Assembly (NCBI GenBank): GCA_965223325.1
Contig: CBDCWI010000002.1
Span: 64,001 to 128,000 of the forward strand
DNA length: 64,000 nucleotides
Direction: 5' to 3'
Origin: Candidatus Multivoradales bacterium
Lineage (GTDB): Bacteria > Acidobacteriota > Thermoanaerobaculia > Multivoradales > Multivoraceae
Part shown: positions 1 to 8,263 of the stretch, one piece after another
How positions within the stretch are numbered: position 1 is the stretch's first letter
Layout of the letters: each line of letters begins with the position of its first letter
Notes under the pieces: model-generated
Databases searched by the model: none
What the model was told of the DNA's origin: nothing
The model's input: only the letters and a program-made list of their open reading frames with translations
Program-made: the position numbers and the translations under genes

Positions 1-778
1 CTTCTTCCGGCCATTCGAACTCAACGGCCCGTCGCAGGGTGTAGGCGAGAAGGGCAGCGGCGATATAGAGATCTTCGATGAGCCGGAATGGTTTGACTCC
101 CGCCAGCCAACCGTCGCCATCCCAGACCTCCTCTGTTTGGACTTCGACCCCGTCGAGGGTGATGATGGCGTGCTCGATCTCGGGTTGTACGGCATGGTCT
201 GAGTCAGAGTCCCGAGAGTCGGAGTCCATGGGCGTGATGTCGATGCCGGAACGGTCCGTCGGCACCACGGCCAGGCGCAGCTGGTTGCGGCCGAACACCC
301 AACCCTCCGTCGCCAGCACCACCAGCCAGTCGGCGGCTGGCGCCAACGTTGCCCAGCGCTTTTCGCCGTCGAGCACCAGTCCGGTCCCGTCGGCGTGGGG
401 TGCGGCCGTCAGGCTGGTCTTGATGGTGCGCGGGTGGGCGCCCCGGTCTTCGGTGGCACACATGGCATAGAGGTCACTCCCAGGCCGCCGTCCCAGCACA
501 CGGCAGATGGCATGTTGGTGGCCGGCGAGGGTGGCCCAGGCGACGCGGTCGGCACTGGCGGCGGCAAGAATCGCCCCGACAACAAGCGGGTCATCACTCG
601 CGGTGTTCGCGGCGGGCTGAAGGGCCCACCAGGCTCGTGGGGCGTCGGGGGCTTCGCGATCAACGAGAGGAGGCGCGCTAGCGGCCGTCCACAGACGGGT
701 CAACCAGGTTGCGGCGCCCCGGTCCGTGTCGCTCGGGGAGGAGGGCCTGGGTTCTCGGTTGCTAGTACCCCGTACCAT
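1..778 (-). CDS. Acyl-CoA dehydrogenase-like protein; 3' end runs off the window, 5' end interrupted by the MITE
   Basis: Not in the ORF track. Manual translation is open from ATG 778 to base 1: ...AWATLAGHQHAI...YAMCATEDRGAHPRTIKT...LDGEKRWATLAPAADWLVVLA...DGDGWLAGVKPFRLIEDLY..., resembling the ACAD middle domain. The ancestral start appears to be ATG at 931-929. Confidence 0.7.
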   Translation of the reverse strand, partial: MVRGTSNREPRPSSPSDTDRGAATWLTRLWTAASAPPLVDREAPDAPRAWWALQPAANTASDDPLVVGAILAAASADRVAWATLAGHQHAICRVLGRRPGSDLYAMCATEDRGAHPRTIKTSLTAAPHADGTGLVLDGEKRWATLAPAADWLVVLATEGWVFGRNQLRLAVVPTDRSGIDITPMDSDSRDSDSDHAVQPEIEHAIITLDGVEVQTEEVWDGDGWLAGVKPFRLIEDLYIAAALLAYTLRRAVEFEWPEE

Positions 779-927
779 TGGAACGGATAGTGGCTGAGTG
801 GATGATCGTGCTCGATATCAAGGCGTCACGACGCAGGCATATTGGTGATCTGTCTAGGAGTGACAACGCAGAGATCGAGTGCGAGGAACGCTCAGACGCT
901 GTGCGGTTCAATGGTACGGGGTACTAG
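762..927. mobile_element. MITE copy 1 (166 bp including terminal CTAGs)
   Basis: 19-bp perfect terminal inverted repeat CTAGTACCCCGTACCATTG...CAATGGTACGGGGTACTAG; no transposase; second copy at 19370-19535. Confidence 0.9.
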
Positions 928-1045
928 TCATCGGGGCTCCGGAGGGCGGTACTCGCTCGAGTGTTGCATGTGCCAACAAAGCGACGTCCGAGCGCTATCA
1001 TCCTATGATGCTAGGCGTTCCTCTGGGCCTCGAAGTCGCTGCGAG

Positions 1046-2425
1046 ATGACCGCCCACGACAAAGTCTCCGCCCGTTGGTACGTCGCCTGGACCTTGGTTT
1101 GGCTGGTGGCGACCCTGGGCTTCGCGCTGCTGGTCGCCGGCTGCCAGGTCAAGAGTCTGCCGGCTGAAACAAGGGTAGCCAGGGCGAGCGAAGGCCCGGT
1201 GACGATTCTGCTGGTGACCGTCGAGGGGCTCGGTCCGGCGGCGCTCGCCGACCCCAGGGTGATGCCGTTTCTCGTCGACACTGCGGGTGTCCAGCAGTGG
1301 TCGGTGGCAGTCCTGCCGTGCCCTGATCCGCAGGTGGCGATGGCCGGGATCCTCACCGGCGTCGAACCGTGGCGACTCGGCATTGTCGGTCGACCGTCTG
1401 AGTACCTCTCCGAGCACTACAGGACGCTTCCTGAGATTCTCCGAGACCGTGGCTGGCAAACCACGGCGGTGACCGGTTCCGAGGGTCTTGGTAGTCATGG
1501 TCTGGTGCAGGGAATCGAACGTTCCGACCACTACGACGCGCTGCCGGCGATGTTGGAGGCGCTTCTCAAGTTCGATCCCGAGCGGTCGGTCTTTGCCTGG
1601 GCGCATCTGGCAAGGGCTGCGCCGCCGTGGCGCATCGACCGCGACCGTGCGGCGGCCCTCGAGGCAGCCGGCGCCTTGCCGGTGCCCGCCTCGTCGCTGC
1701 CACGTCGGCTGAGGGCGCAGAATCCTGCGACCTCGAAGCAGAGCGTCCGTCGGCTCGAGCACGCCATGTACCTGAACGGTCTGGCGGTCGTCGATGCGCA
1801 GATCCGTGCGATCAGCGAGGCTGGAGAAAGCCGACTTGCGCACCAGGCGGGCATGGATAGCAGCCGACCGGCGCGCCTGGTCGTCGCGGTGGTGGGAACA
1901 CGAGGAGCCGACTTCGGAGCGCACTCCTCGGTTCCCCAGCGCTCGGCAGCCAACGCGGGCATCCTGGCGCGGCGCGAATCCGTCGAGGTGGTTTATGGGT
2001 CTCTGCCTGGCTCGCTGGCGGAGAGCTCCCTGATCGAGACCGGGGTCCGCCGCTCGACGGACGCGGTTTTCCCGTTGCTGCTCGAGGCTGCCGGAGAGTC
2101 AGTACCGCCGCGCGTCCTGGCGGCTTCTCCGTGGCAGCGCTCCGCATGCGTGACCGACGAGGGCGTGCTCGAGGTCGCTGCCCGACGAGGCGGTCTGCGG
2201 GCGGGCCGCCGGGGTCCCGAAGGCCCGGTGTGGTTCGAAGACTGGGACGATGAGACCTTCATCCCGCCAGCCGTTCCCGGTCAGCGGTTCGCGGCCCACC
2301 TCGAGGTTCTCTCGGCACTCGATGCCGCGATTGCGGCTCCCGGGGTCGGGCGGTCGCTCCCTGAGGACACGACGGCCGCAGAAGCTCGCCAACGCATGGT
2401 GGATGCCGCCGTTCGCAACGAGTGA
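1046..2425 (+). CDS. Sulfatase/alkaline-phosphatase superfamily lipoprotein, apparently degenerate
   Basis: Lipobox LVAGC. Segments ILLVTVEGLG, AMAGILTG, TLPEILRDRGWQT, FAWAHL and YLNGLAVVDAQI follow sulfatase motif order, but there is no CxPxR signature. Confidence 0.65.
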   Translation: MTAHDKVSARWYVAWTLVWLVATLGFALLVAGCQVKSLPAETRVARASEGPVTILLVTVEGLGPAALADPRVMPFLVDTAGVQQWSVAVLPCPDPQVAMAGILTGVEPWRLGIVGRPSEYLSEHYRTLPEILRDRGWQTTAVTGSEGLGSHGLVQGIERSDHYDALPAMLEALLKFDPERSVFAWAHLARAAPPWRIDRDRAAALEAAGALPVPASSLPRRLRAQNPATSKQSVRRLEHAMYLNGLAVVDAQIRAISEAGESRLAHQAGMDSSRPARLVVAVVGTRGADFGAHSSVPQRSAANAGILARRESVEVVYGSLPGSLAESSLIETGVRRSTDAVFPLLLEAAGESVPPRVLAASPWQRSACVTDEGVLEVAARRGGLRAGRRGPEGPVWFEDWDDETFIPPAVPGQRFAAHLEVLSALDAAIAAPGVGRSLPEDTTAAEARQRMVDAAVRNE

Positions 2426-2436
2426 GGTTGCTGGCG

Positions 2437-2949
2437 GTGCCGATCTACGAGTTTTACTGCAGCAACTGCCATACCCAGTACAGCTTCTTCTCCTCTGCTG
2501 TCGAGCCGGAGCGCCAGGCTCGGTGTCCCAAAGACCGCGTAACGGTGCTCGAGCGCCGACCTTCGAGCTTCGCGATGCGCGTCGGGCGCACCCACGCAGG
2601 CGAGGCCGACGACGAGTTGGCGATTCTCGATGGTCTCGATGAGACAGCGGTCAGCGGTGCGCTCGAGGTCCTGGCCGACGAGATCGAGGGCGCTGCGGCA
2701 GCAGAAGACCCACGGCGGATCGGCGAGGCTTTGAGTCGCTTCGGCGAACTCACCGGGCTGCGGCTCGGCGATCGCATGCAGGAAGCGCTGGCACGTCTCG
2801 AGGCTGGCGAGGACCTCGAGGCCATCGAGAGTGACCTCGACGCTGGCGTCGAGGACGACGAAGACCTCAGTGAGTTCTTCGAGTTCAGTCGTCGGCGAAG
2901 AGGGCGCCGACCGCGCGTCGACCCGGAGCTCTACTTCTTCGACGACTGA
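2437..2949 (+). CDS. FmdB-family zinc-ribbon regulatory protein
   Basis: N-terminus (M)PIYEFYCSNC...CPKD; acidic helical C-terminus ending PRVDPELYFFD. Confidence 0.8.
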   Translation: MPIYEFYCSNCHTQYSFFSSAVEPERQARCPKDRVTVLERRPSSFAMRVGRTHAGEADDELAILDGLDETAVSGALEVLADEIEGAAAAEDPRRIGEALSRFGELTGLRLGDRMQEALARLEAGEDLEAIESDLDAGVEDDEDLSEFFEFSRRRRGRRPRVDPELYFFDD

Positions 2950-3003
2950 GCGGGGCACGATGGCAATGGTCCAGACCTGCGGTTTGCCGGCAGGGGTGTG
3001 GCG

Positions 3004-3903
3004 CTACTCTGAGATCGCGGCGGGGACCCCGGCAGCGCGCGCCAGCGCATCGGCGGCGCGTTCGACGAGATCGCGCGGGCGCGCCGTGTCCTCGTTCCAT
3101 TCCGCCACACCGACGACCAACTCGAGGTCTGCTGACAGTGGCGCGATCTGGTTCTGCAGTCGCGCGGCGAGCGACTTGGAGGCGCTCCTGTCGGTGAACG
3201 GTGAGACGACCAGGAAGTGGTCGGGTCCGTGCTGGGAGATCAGATCGGTGGCGCGCACCGAGGCCTCGAGTCGGCTGCTGATTTCGCGCATCGTGGCCTC
3301 GGGGATCTTGTCGCCCGAAGCGGCACGCGGCGAGGCCAGAAGGCAGACCAGCGGTACGCCGTAGCGCCGCGCCATTTCGATCGACTGCTCGAGACGCCGC
3401 AGGGAGTAGGCCTCCTGTGCCGTCGGTCCCGCTCCCGTCCCAGGTTGTTTTCCGGAGTCGCCACCAGCGAACATCTGCTGCTCTCTTCGACGGACCTCCT
3501 GGCGCAGGCGAGCAAGCCGGGCGTTGGCGTCGTCGAGTCGCGAGAGGTTGTGGAGTGCGCGTTCGACGTCGAACTTCGATAGCTTTCCGGCGGGGAGGAC
3601 GTCCCAGGGTCCCGACCACTCGAGCTCGAGCGCCCGCTTGATCGAGCGCCGGTCGCTGACCACCAGCGCCGGGCAACCAGGCCTCAGGCGGCGAAGGGCA
3701 GAGAAGGCATCGTCGGCCTCGCCCAGTGCAACCACCACGAGGGTATGGCGCTCGAGGCGCGGGTCGTGGGGCTCCATGGAGCTGGCGTCTTCGAGGACGA
3801 ACACTTCGGGGCGCTTGCCGCTTTGCGCTTCGAGCACCCGGACGAGCGCATCGGTGGTCTCCCGTTCGACGCCAAGGCTCGCGATGTGGCTGTAGTTCTT
3901 CAC
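3004..3903 (-). CDS. Receiver-like domain + coiled coil + degenerate GGDEF domain protein
   Basis: C-terminal RRLEQSIEMARRYGVPLVCLL...VRATDLISQHGPDHFLVV...VGVAEW...LVERAADAL follows the GGDEF fold, with GPDHF at the active site. Confidence 0.7.
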   Translation of the reverse strand: MKNYSHIASLGVERETTDALVRVLEAQSGKRPEVFVLEDASSMEPHDPRLERHTLVVVALGEADDAFSALRRLRPGCPALVVSDRRSIKRALELEWSGPWDVLPAGKLSKFDVERALHNLSRLDDANARLARLRQEVRRREQQMFAGGDSGKQPGTGAGPTAQEAYSLRRLEQSIEMARRYGVPLVCLLASPRAASGDKIPEATMREISSRLEASVRATDLISQHGPDHFLVVSPFTDRSASKSLAARLQNQIAPLSADLELVVGVAEWNEDTARPRDLVERAADALARAAGVPAAISE

Positions 3904-4046
3904 AGACCCTCTAAGGGTAACGAAGGTGAGGGCCTCTGCCTATCGGCGGTCCTTACCGCAAGGCGCTCCGCCGACGACAACGGGCGCTGGCGCCGGCCAG
4001 AGCAGAAGGGCGAGTGGGCGGGGGCCTACGCTATATTCGGCGGCCC

Positions 4047-4877
4047 ATGAACGCCCCCCACAGTGGCCCTCAGGGTGCTGGTCGGAGTGCCTCCGGCCAC
4101 GCCAGAGGCGCCGGTCTCCATCCCATCGAGGCGACCGCTCTCCATGCGCGGCGCGAGCGGGTCTTCATAGTGTTGGCGGGAATGTTCATCGGTTCGATGG
4201 CGATGCTCAACATTCTGGGCGTGACGCGTTTTCTCGACCTTGGGTTTGAGATCTTCGGCGTCGAGGTGCCGATGCCCCTGGCGATTGGCGTTCTGCCCTA
4301 TCCGCTGACCTTCCTATGCACCGACTTGATTTCCGAGATCTACGGGCAGAAGCGAGCCAACTCAGTGGTCTGGGTGGGGTTCCTGGTCAACGCCTGGCTG
4401 GCTTTCATTCTCTGGCTGGGTGGCGCGCTCCCGGGGTTCGACGAACCGGTCGCCGACGCAGCAGGCAGGTTGCCTCTGTTCTTCGAGATTCGGGTCCTGA
4501 CGTTGGGCTCGATCGCTGCGTCGATGATCGCGTACCTCACGGCGCAGCTCTGCGACGTCCACCTCTTCCATTTCTGGAAGAATCTCACCCGCGGCCGTCA
4601 CCTCTGGCTTCGCAACACGGCTTCGACAGTGGTTTCGCAGTTCGTCGACACCTTTGCGGTGATCACCATCACGCATTTCTGGGCTGGCGCCCTACCGATC
4701 GATCATGCCTTGCCAGAATGGCCACAGCTGTGGGTCTTCATTCTGACCGGCTACGTCTTCAAATTCCTGGCAGCGCTTTTCGACACGTTGCCGTTCTATC
4801 TCGGCACCAGTTGGCTCAGCCGCTACCTCGAGATCGACCCGAACCTAGAGTTCCGAACCGCCAACGGAGGGTGGTGA
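4047..4877 (+). CDS. Queuosine precursor transporter (YhhQ/VUT family)
   Basis: Motifs PYPLTFLCTDLISEIYGQKRA, ASMIAYLTAQLCDV and HLWLRNTASTVVSQFVDT; multiple TM helices. Confidence 0.88.
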   Translation: MNAPHSGPQGAGRSASGHARGAGLHPIEATALHARRERVFIVLAGMFIGSMAMLNILGVTRFLDLGFEIFGVEVPMPLAIGVLPYPLTFLCTDLISEIYGQKRANSVVWVGFLVNAWLAFILWLGGALPGFDEPVADAAGRLPLFFEIRVLTLGSIAASMIAYLTAQLCDVHLFHFWKNLTRGRHLWLRNTASTVVSQFVDTFAVITITHFWAGALPIDHALPEWPQLWVFILTGYVFKFLAALFDTLPFYLGTSWLSRYLEIDPNLEFRTANGGW

Positions 4878-4899
4878 GTGGTGGCACGAAGGAGAAACA

Positions 4900-6294
4900 G
4901 TGACGCGTACAAGAATGACTGAAGAGCCGAGTACCGCTCCGGCGCTCGACTGGACTCCGACCTCCTGGACTACGAAGGAAACCCTTCAGCAACCGACCTA
5001 CGAAGATCCTGAGCATCTGCAGGCCGTGGTCGAGGAGATGTCGGGCCTTCCGCCGCTGGTGACGTCCTGGGAGATCGAGAGCCTCAAGGAACAGCTGGCT
5101 GGCTGTGAGCGCGGCGAGATGTTCCTGCTCCAGGGTGGCGACTGTGCCGAGAACTTCAGGGAGTGCTCGTCCGACAACATCACCAGCAAGCTCAAGATTC
5201 TGCTGCAGATGAGCCTGGTGTTGGTTCACGCCTCCAAGACGCGGGTGGTGCGGGTTGGCCGCTTCGCCGGTCAGTACGCGAAACCGCGCTCGTCTGACGT
5301 CGAGAACCAGGATGGCGTCGAACTGCCGTCGTATCGCGGTGATCTGGTCAACGGGCTCGAATTCGATGCTGCGGTTCGCACCCCTGACCCAGACCGTTTG
5401 ATGCGGGGCTATGAGAAGGCCGCATTGACGCTCAATTTCATTCGCGGATTGATCGATGGTGGCTTCGCCGATCTTCATCACCCGGAGTACTGGGACCTGG
5501 ACTTCGTCGAACACTCGCCGAACGCGCGCGAGTACCAGTCGATGGTGCAGTCGATTGGCGACTCACTTCGCTTCATGGAGACGATTGCCGGTACCGACGT
5601 TGGGCAGATCGACCGGGTCGATTTCTTCACCAGTCATGAAGGACTGCACCTGCACTACGAACAGGCGCAGACTCGGCGAGTGCCGCGGCGTGTCGGTTGG
5701 TACAACCTGTCGACCCATCTGCCGTGGATCGGTATGCGGACCGCCGCCATCGACGGTGCGCATGTTGAGTTCTTCCGTGGTATTGAGAACCCGATCGGCG
5801 TCAAGATCGGTGTTGGGACGACGCCCGAGGGTCTAGTGAAGCTCGTCGAGCGCCTCGATCCCGACGATGAGCCTGGCCGGTTGACTCTCATTCATCGCTT
5901 CGGTGCCAAGAACGTCGGGGAGCACCTCGAACCCCTCGTCGAGGCCGTCAAGGCGAGCGGGCGCACGGTCTTGTGGTCCTGTGACCCGATGCACGGCAAC
6001 ACGCAAAGCACCGAGGAAGGGTTCAAGACGCGCGCCTTCGAGGACATTCTCGCCGAGCTCGAGCAGTCTTTCGAGATTCATCATCGCTGTGGTGGGCACC
6101 TGGGCGGCGTCCACTTCGAGCTCACCGGCGAAGACGTCACCGAGTGCGTGGGCGGTGCGCGGGGGCTGGTCAAAGAAGACTTGAAAAGGGCCTATCGCTC
6201 GCAAGTCGACCCGCGGTTGAACTACGAGCAGGCGTTGGAAATGGCGCTTCTGATGGGCAGGAAGATGGCGGCGCTTCGCGAGCGCGATCGTTAG
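4900..6294 (+). CDS. 3-deoxy-7-phosphoheptulonate (DAHP) synthase, class II
   Basis: LLQGGDCAE, GRFAGQYAKPRS, FTSHEGL, CDPMHGNT, DPRLNYEQ; SD AAGGAG before the GTG. Confidence 0.95.
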   Translation: MTRTRMTEEPSTAPALDWTPTSWTTKETLQQPTYEDPEHLQAVVEEMSGLPPLVTSWEIESLKEQLAGCERGEMFLLQGGDCAENFRECSSDNITSKLKILLQMSLVLVHASKTRVVRVGRFAGQYAKPRSSDVENQDGVELPSYRGDLVNGLEFDAAVRTPDPDRLMRGYEKAALTLNFIRGLIDGGFADLHHPEYWDLDFVEHSPNAREYQSMVQSIGDSLRFMETIAGTDVGQIDRVDFFTSHEGLHLHYEQAQTRRVPRRVGWYNLSTHLPWIGMRTAAIDGAHVEFFRGIENPIGVKIGVGTTPEGLVKLVERLDPDDEPGRLTLIHRFGAKNVGEHLEPLVEAVKASGRTVLWSCDPMHGNTQSTEEGFKTRAFEDILAELEQSFEIHHRCGGHLGGVHFELTGEDVTECVGGARGLVKEDLKRAYRSQVDPRLNYEQALEMALLMGRKMAALRERDR

Positions 6295-6311
6295 GGGACG
6301 GGGAATCACCA

Positions 6312-6336
6312 GAATCCTAGAAGACTGCTAGGATTC
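6312..6336. terminator. Stem-loop downstream of the DAHP synthase gene (possible terminator)
   Basis: GAATCCTAG-N7-CTAGGATTC, 9-bp inverted repeat; no clear U-tract. Confidence 0.35.
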
Positions 6337-6466
6337 AGGGAGATTTTGTCCTTGCGCCAGCTCGGAAACTGCGGGAGTCTCGTGGTCATCGAGCCAGAAT
6401 AGGCCTTCGAAGAGATTCTCCAGAAGGAGGCCCGACGGCGTTCATACGGTCCGGAGTTCCCTCAAC

Positions 6467-8230
6467 ATGAGTTCGAGCGACCCAAAGGGATTTCGCTTCC
6501 GCGAATCCACGCGCGCCCCCCATCAAACCCAGGTTCGAGTGCGCTTCGAACGCGACGGCCAGCCCGCCGTTGGCGCGACCGCGAACCTGTCGATGGAGGG
6601 AATGTTCATCCAGTCCGACGAACCGAAGCCTGTCGGTACGCTGATTCAGTTCGAGTTCGAGATCGAAGATCAAACCGTGCAGGGCTTGGGCGACGTGGTC
6701 TGGATTCGCACGCGCGCACTGGGATCCGACAAGCCACCGGGCATGGGCTTGCAGTTTCGCTACATTGATCCCCAGAGTCGTGACCTGATTTTCAAGGTCG
6801 TCGATCGCTACTTGAAAGACGCCAAGAACAACGGTCTGCCACAGATCCCCAAACCCGGGAGCGGCATGCCCACTGGAGGAACCCTCGGCGCCCCTCCCGC
6901 CGGTAGTGGAAGCGGCGCGATTCCTGCCGTCGGCCACCAGGCGGAACATCAGGACCAAGGGGCAGCGGAAAAAGAACCGGGCTTCGCACTCGACGTCGGC
7001 GAGTCGTACAGCATCGACGACAGCGCCAGCGGAGGCGCAGCACCGCTCGGCGAAGAGGCGAGCTCGCTTCTCGGCGAGTCGGTACCGGCCGAGGATCTCG
7101 ACCTGACGGTCGTCGACCAGCCGTTGCCGCCGCCTGAAGGAGACCCGACCGCCGCAAGAACCGTGGCCACCGACCTCGGGGACGTACCCCCACCCGCTGA
7201 GTCGCCAACGTACGGTTCGGAGGCCTCGACGCTGGGCTTTGACGATCCAATCCAGGCACCCGACTGGGAGGAGCCTCTACCCGCGGCCCAGCCGGGAGCA
7301 GACGAGACTCCGGGCGGATCGTTCGACATCAACAGTCTGGTCGATGAGGAACCCGTTGCGCCGATCGCGGCGCCTCCCGCCGACAGCTACCTGGGCTCAG
7401 GTTCCGCCGATCTGGACTACGACGACGTCGACATCATCGTCACGCGCACGGGCGGCAGCGGGCGCGGTCGCCTGCTCGGCCTGCTTGCGCTTCTCGTTCT
7501 GCCGCTCCTGCTTCTCTTCTTGCTCCGCGAGCGTTGGATGCCGCTCGTGGGTCTGGGCGGTGGAGACTCCGAGACCACGATCGAGGAGCCGGCGCCTTCA
7601 GAACCGGCCAACGATCCTGCTGCTGATTCCGCGGCGGCGACTACCGTCGCCAGTGCAGATGGAGAAACCGGGGAAGACAATGGAGAGGCGGGAGACCCCG
7701 ATTCGGACGCAGTTTCGGAGGACTTCGATGATCTCTTTGACGAGATGGAGCAAGACACCCAGGCAGCCGCGCCCGACGACGATTTCGGGACGCTCGACGA
7801 TGATCTTGCCGACGTCTCCGCCTCTCGGGCCCAGGACGACGTCGCGGCGGTAGCGCCCACACCGGCGCCGCAGGAACCTGCGGTCCGGGCGACGGCTCCG
7901 ACAGTACGCGTCGCCGACATGGCAGCGCGCGAAGAAGGCGGCCAGTCGGTGGTCACCATCGATTTCGATGGCCCTCTCGGTGGTGGCGCCGTGACCAGCC
8001 TGACGCTGCCGTCACCACCACGGCTGTTGGTGCGCGTGCAGGGGGTCTCGACGCGCTACAGCCCGGCGAGCTTCGCATCCGAGCACATCAGCGGCGTGCG
8101 CGCCGGGCTCCACAACACGGCCGAGCGCGGTGCAGAGATTCACTTCGTCTTCGATCTCGCTCAATCGGGGCTCGCCACCGACGTCAACGCGACCGGCAGC
8201 AAAGTCGTCGTACGTGTTTCGAACCCCTGA
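6467..8230 (+). CDS. PilZ domain - acidic linker - TM - AMIN-like domain protein
   Basis: N-terminal RESTR and NLSMEGMFI (PilZ RxxxR and D/NxSxxG); Pro/acidic linker; TM LLGLLALLVLPLLLLFLL; C-terminal LPSPPRLLVRV...VRAGLH...IHFVFDL is AMIN-like. Confidence 0.75.
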   Translation: MSSSDPKGFRFRESTRAPHQTQVRVRFERDGQPAVGATANLSMEGMFIQSDEPKPVGTLIQFEFEIEDQTVQGLGDVVWIRTRALGSDKPPGMGLQFRYIDPQSRDLIFKVVDRYLKDAKNNGLPQIPKPGSGMPTGGTLGAPPAGSGSGAIPAVGHQAEHQDQGAAEKEPGFALDVGESYSIDDSASGGAAPLGEEASSLLGESVPAEDLDLTVVDQPLPPPEGDPTAARTVATDLGDVPPPAESPTYGSEASTLGFDDPIQAPDWEEPLPAAQPGADETPGGSFDINSLVDEEPVAPIAAPPADSYLGSGSADLDYDDVDIIVTRTGGSGRGRLLGLLALLVLPLLLLFLLRERWMPLVGLGGGDSETTIEEPAPSEPANDPAADSAAATTVASADGETGEDNGEAGDPDSDAVSEDFDDLFDEMEQDTQAAAPDDDFGTLDDDLADVSASRAQDDVAAVAPTPAPQEPAVRATAPTVRVADMAAREEGGQSVVTIDFDGPLGGGAVTSLTLPSPPRLLVRVQGVSTRYSPASFASEHISGVRAGLHNTAERGAEIHFVFDLAQSGLATDVNATGSKVVVRVSNP

Positions 8231-8263
8231 TCCAGCCTCCGCCTGACCAGAACGGGCGATTCG

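Noticed and set aside
779-931. Selenocysteine or stop read-through across the MITE from the original ATG
   Set aside because: Two in-frame TGA codons, no recognisable SECIS context, and no reason for Sec at these positions.
3904-4046. preQ1 riboswitch upstream of the queuosine precursor transporter
   Set aside because: No preQ1 consensus or A-rich tail is visible, and the gene looks leaderless.
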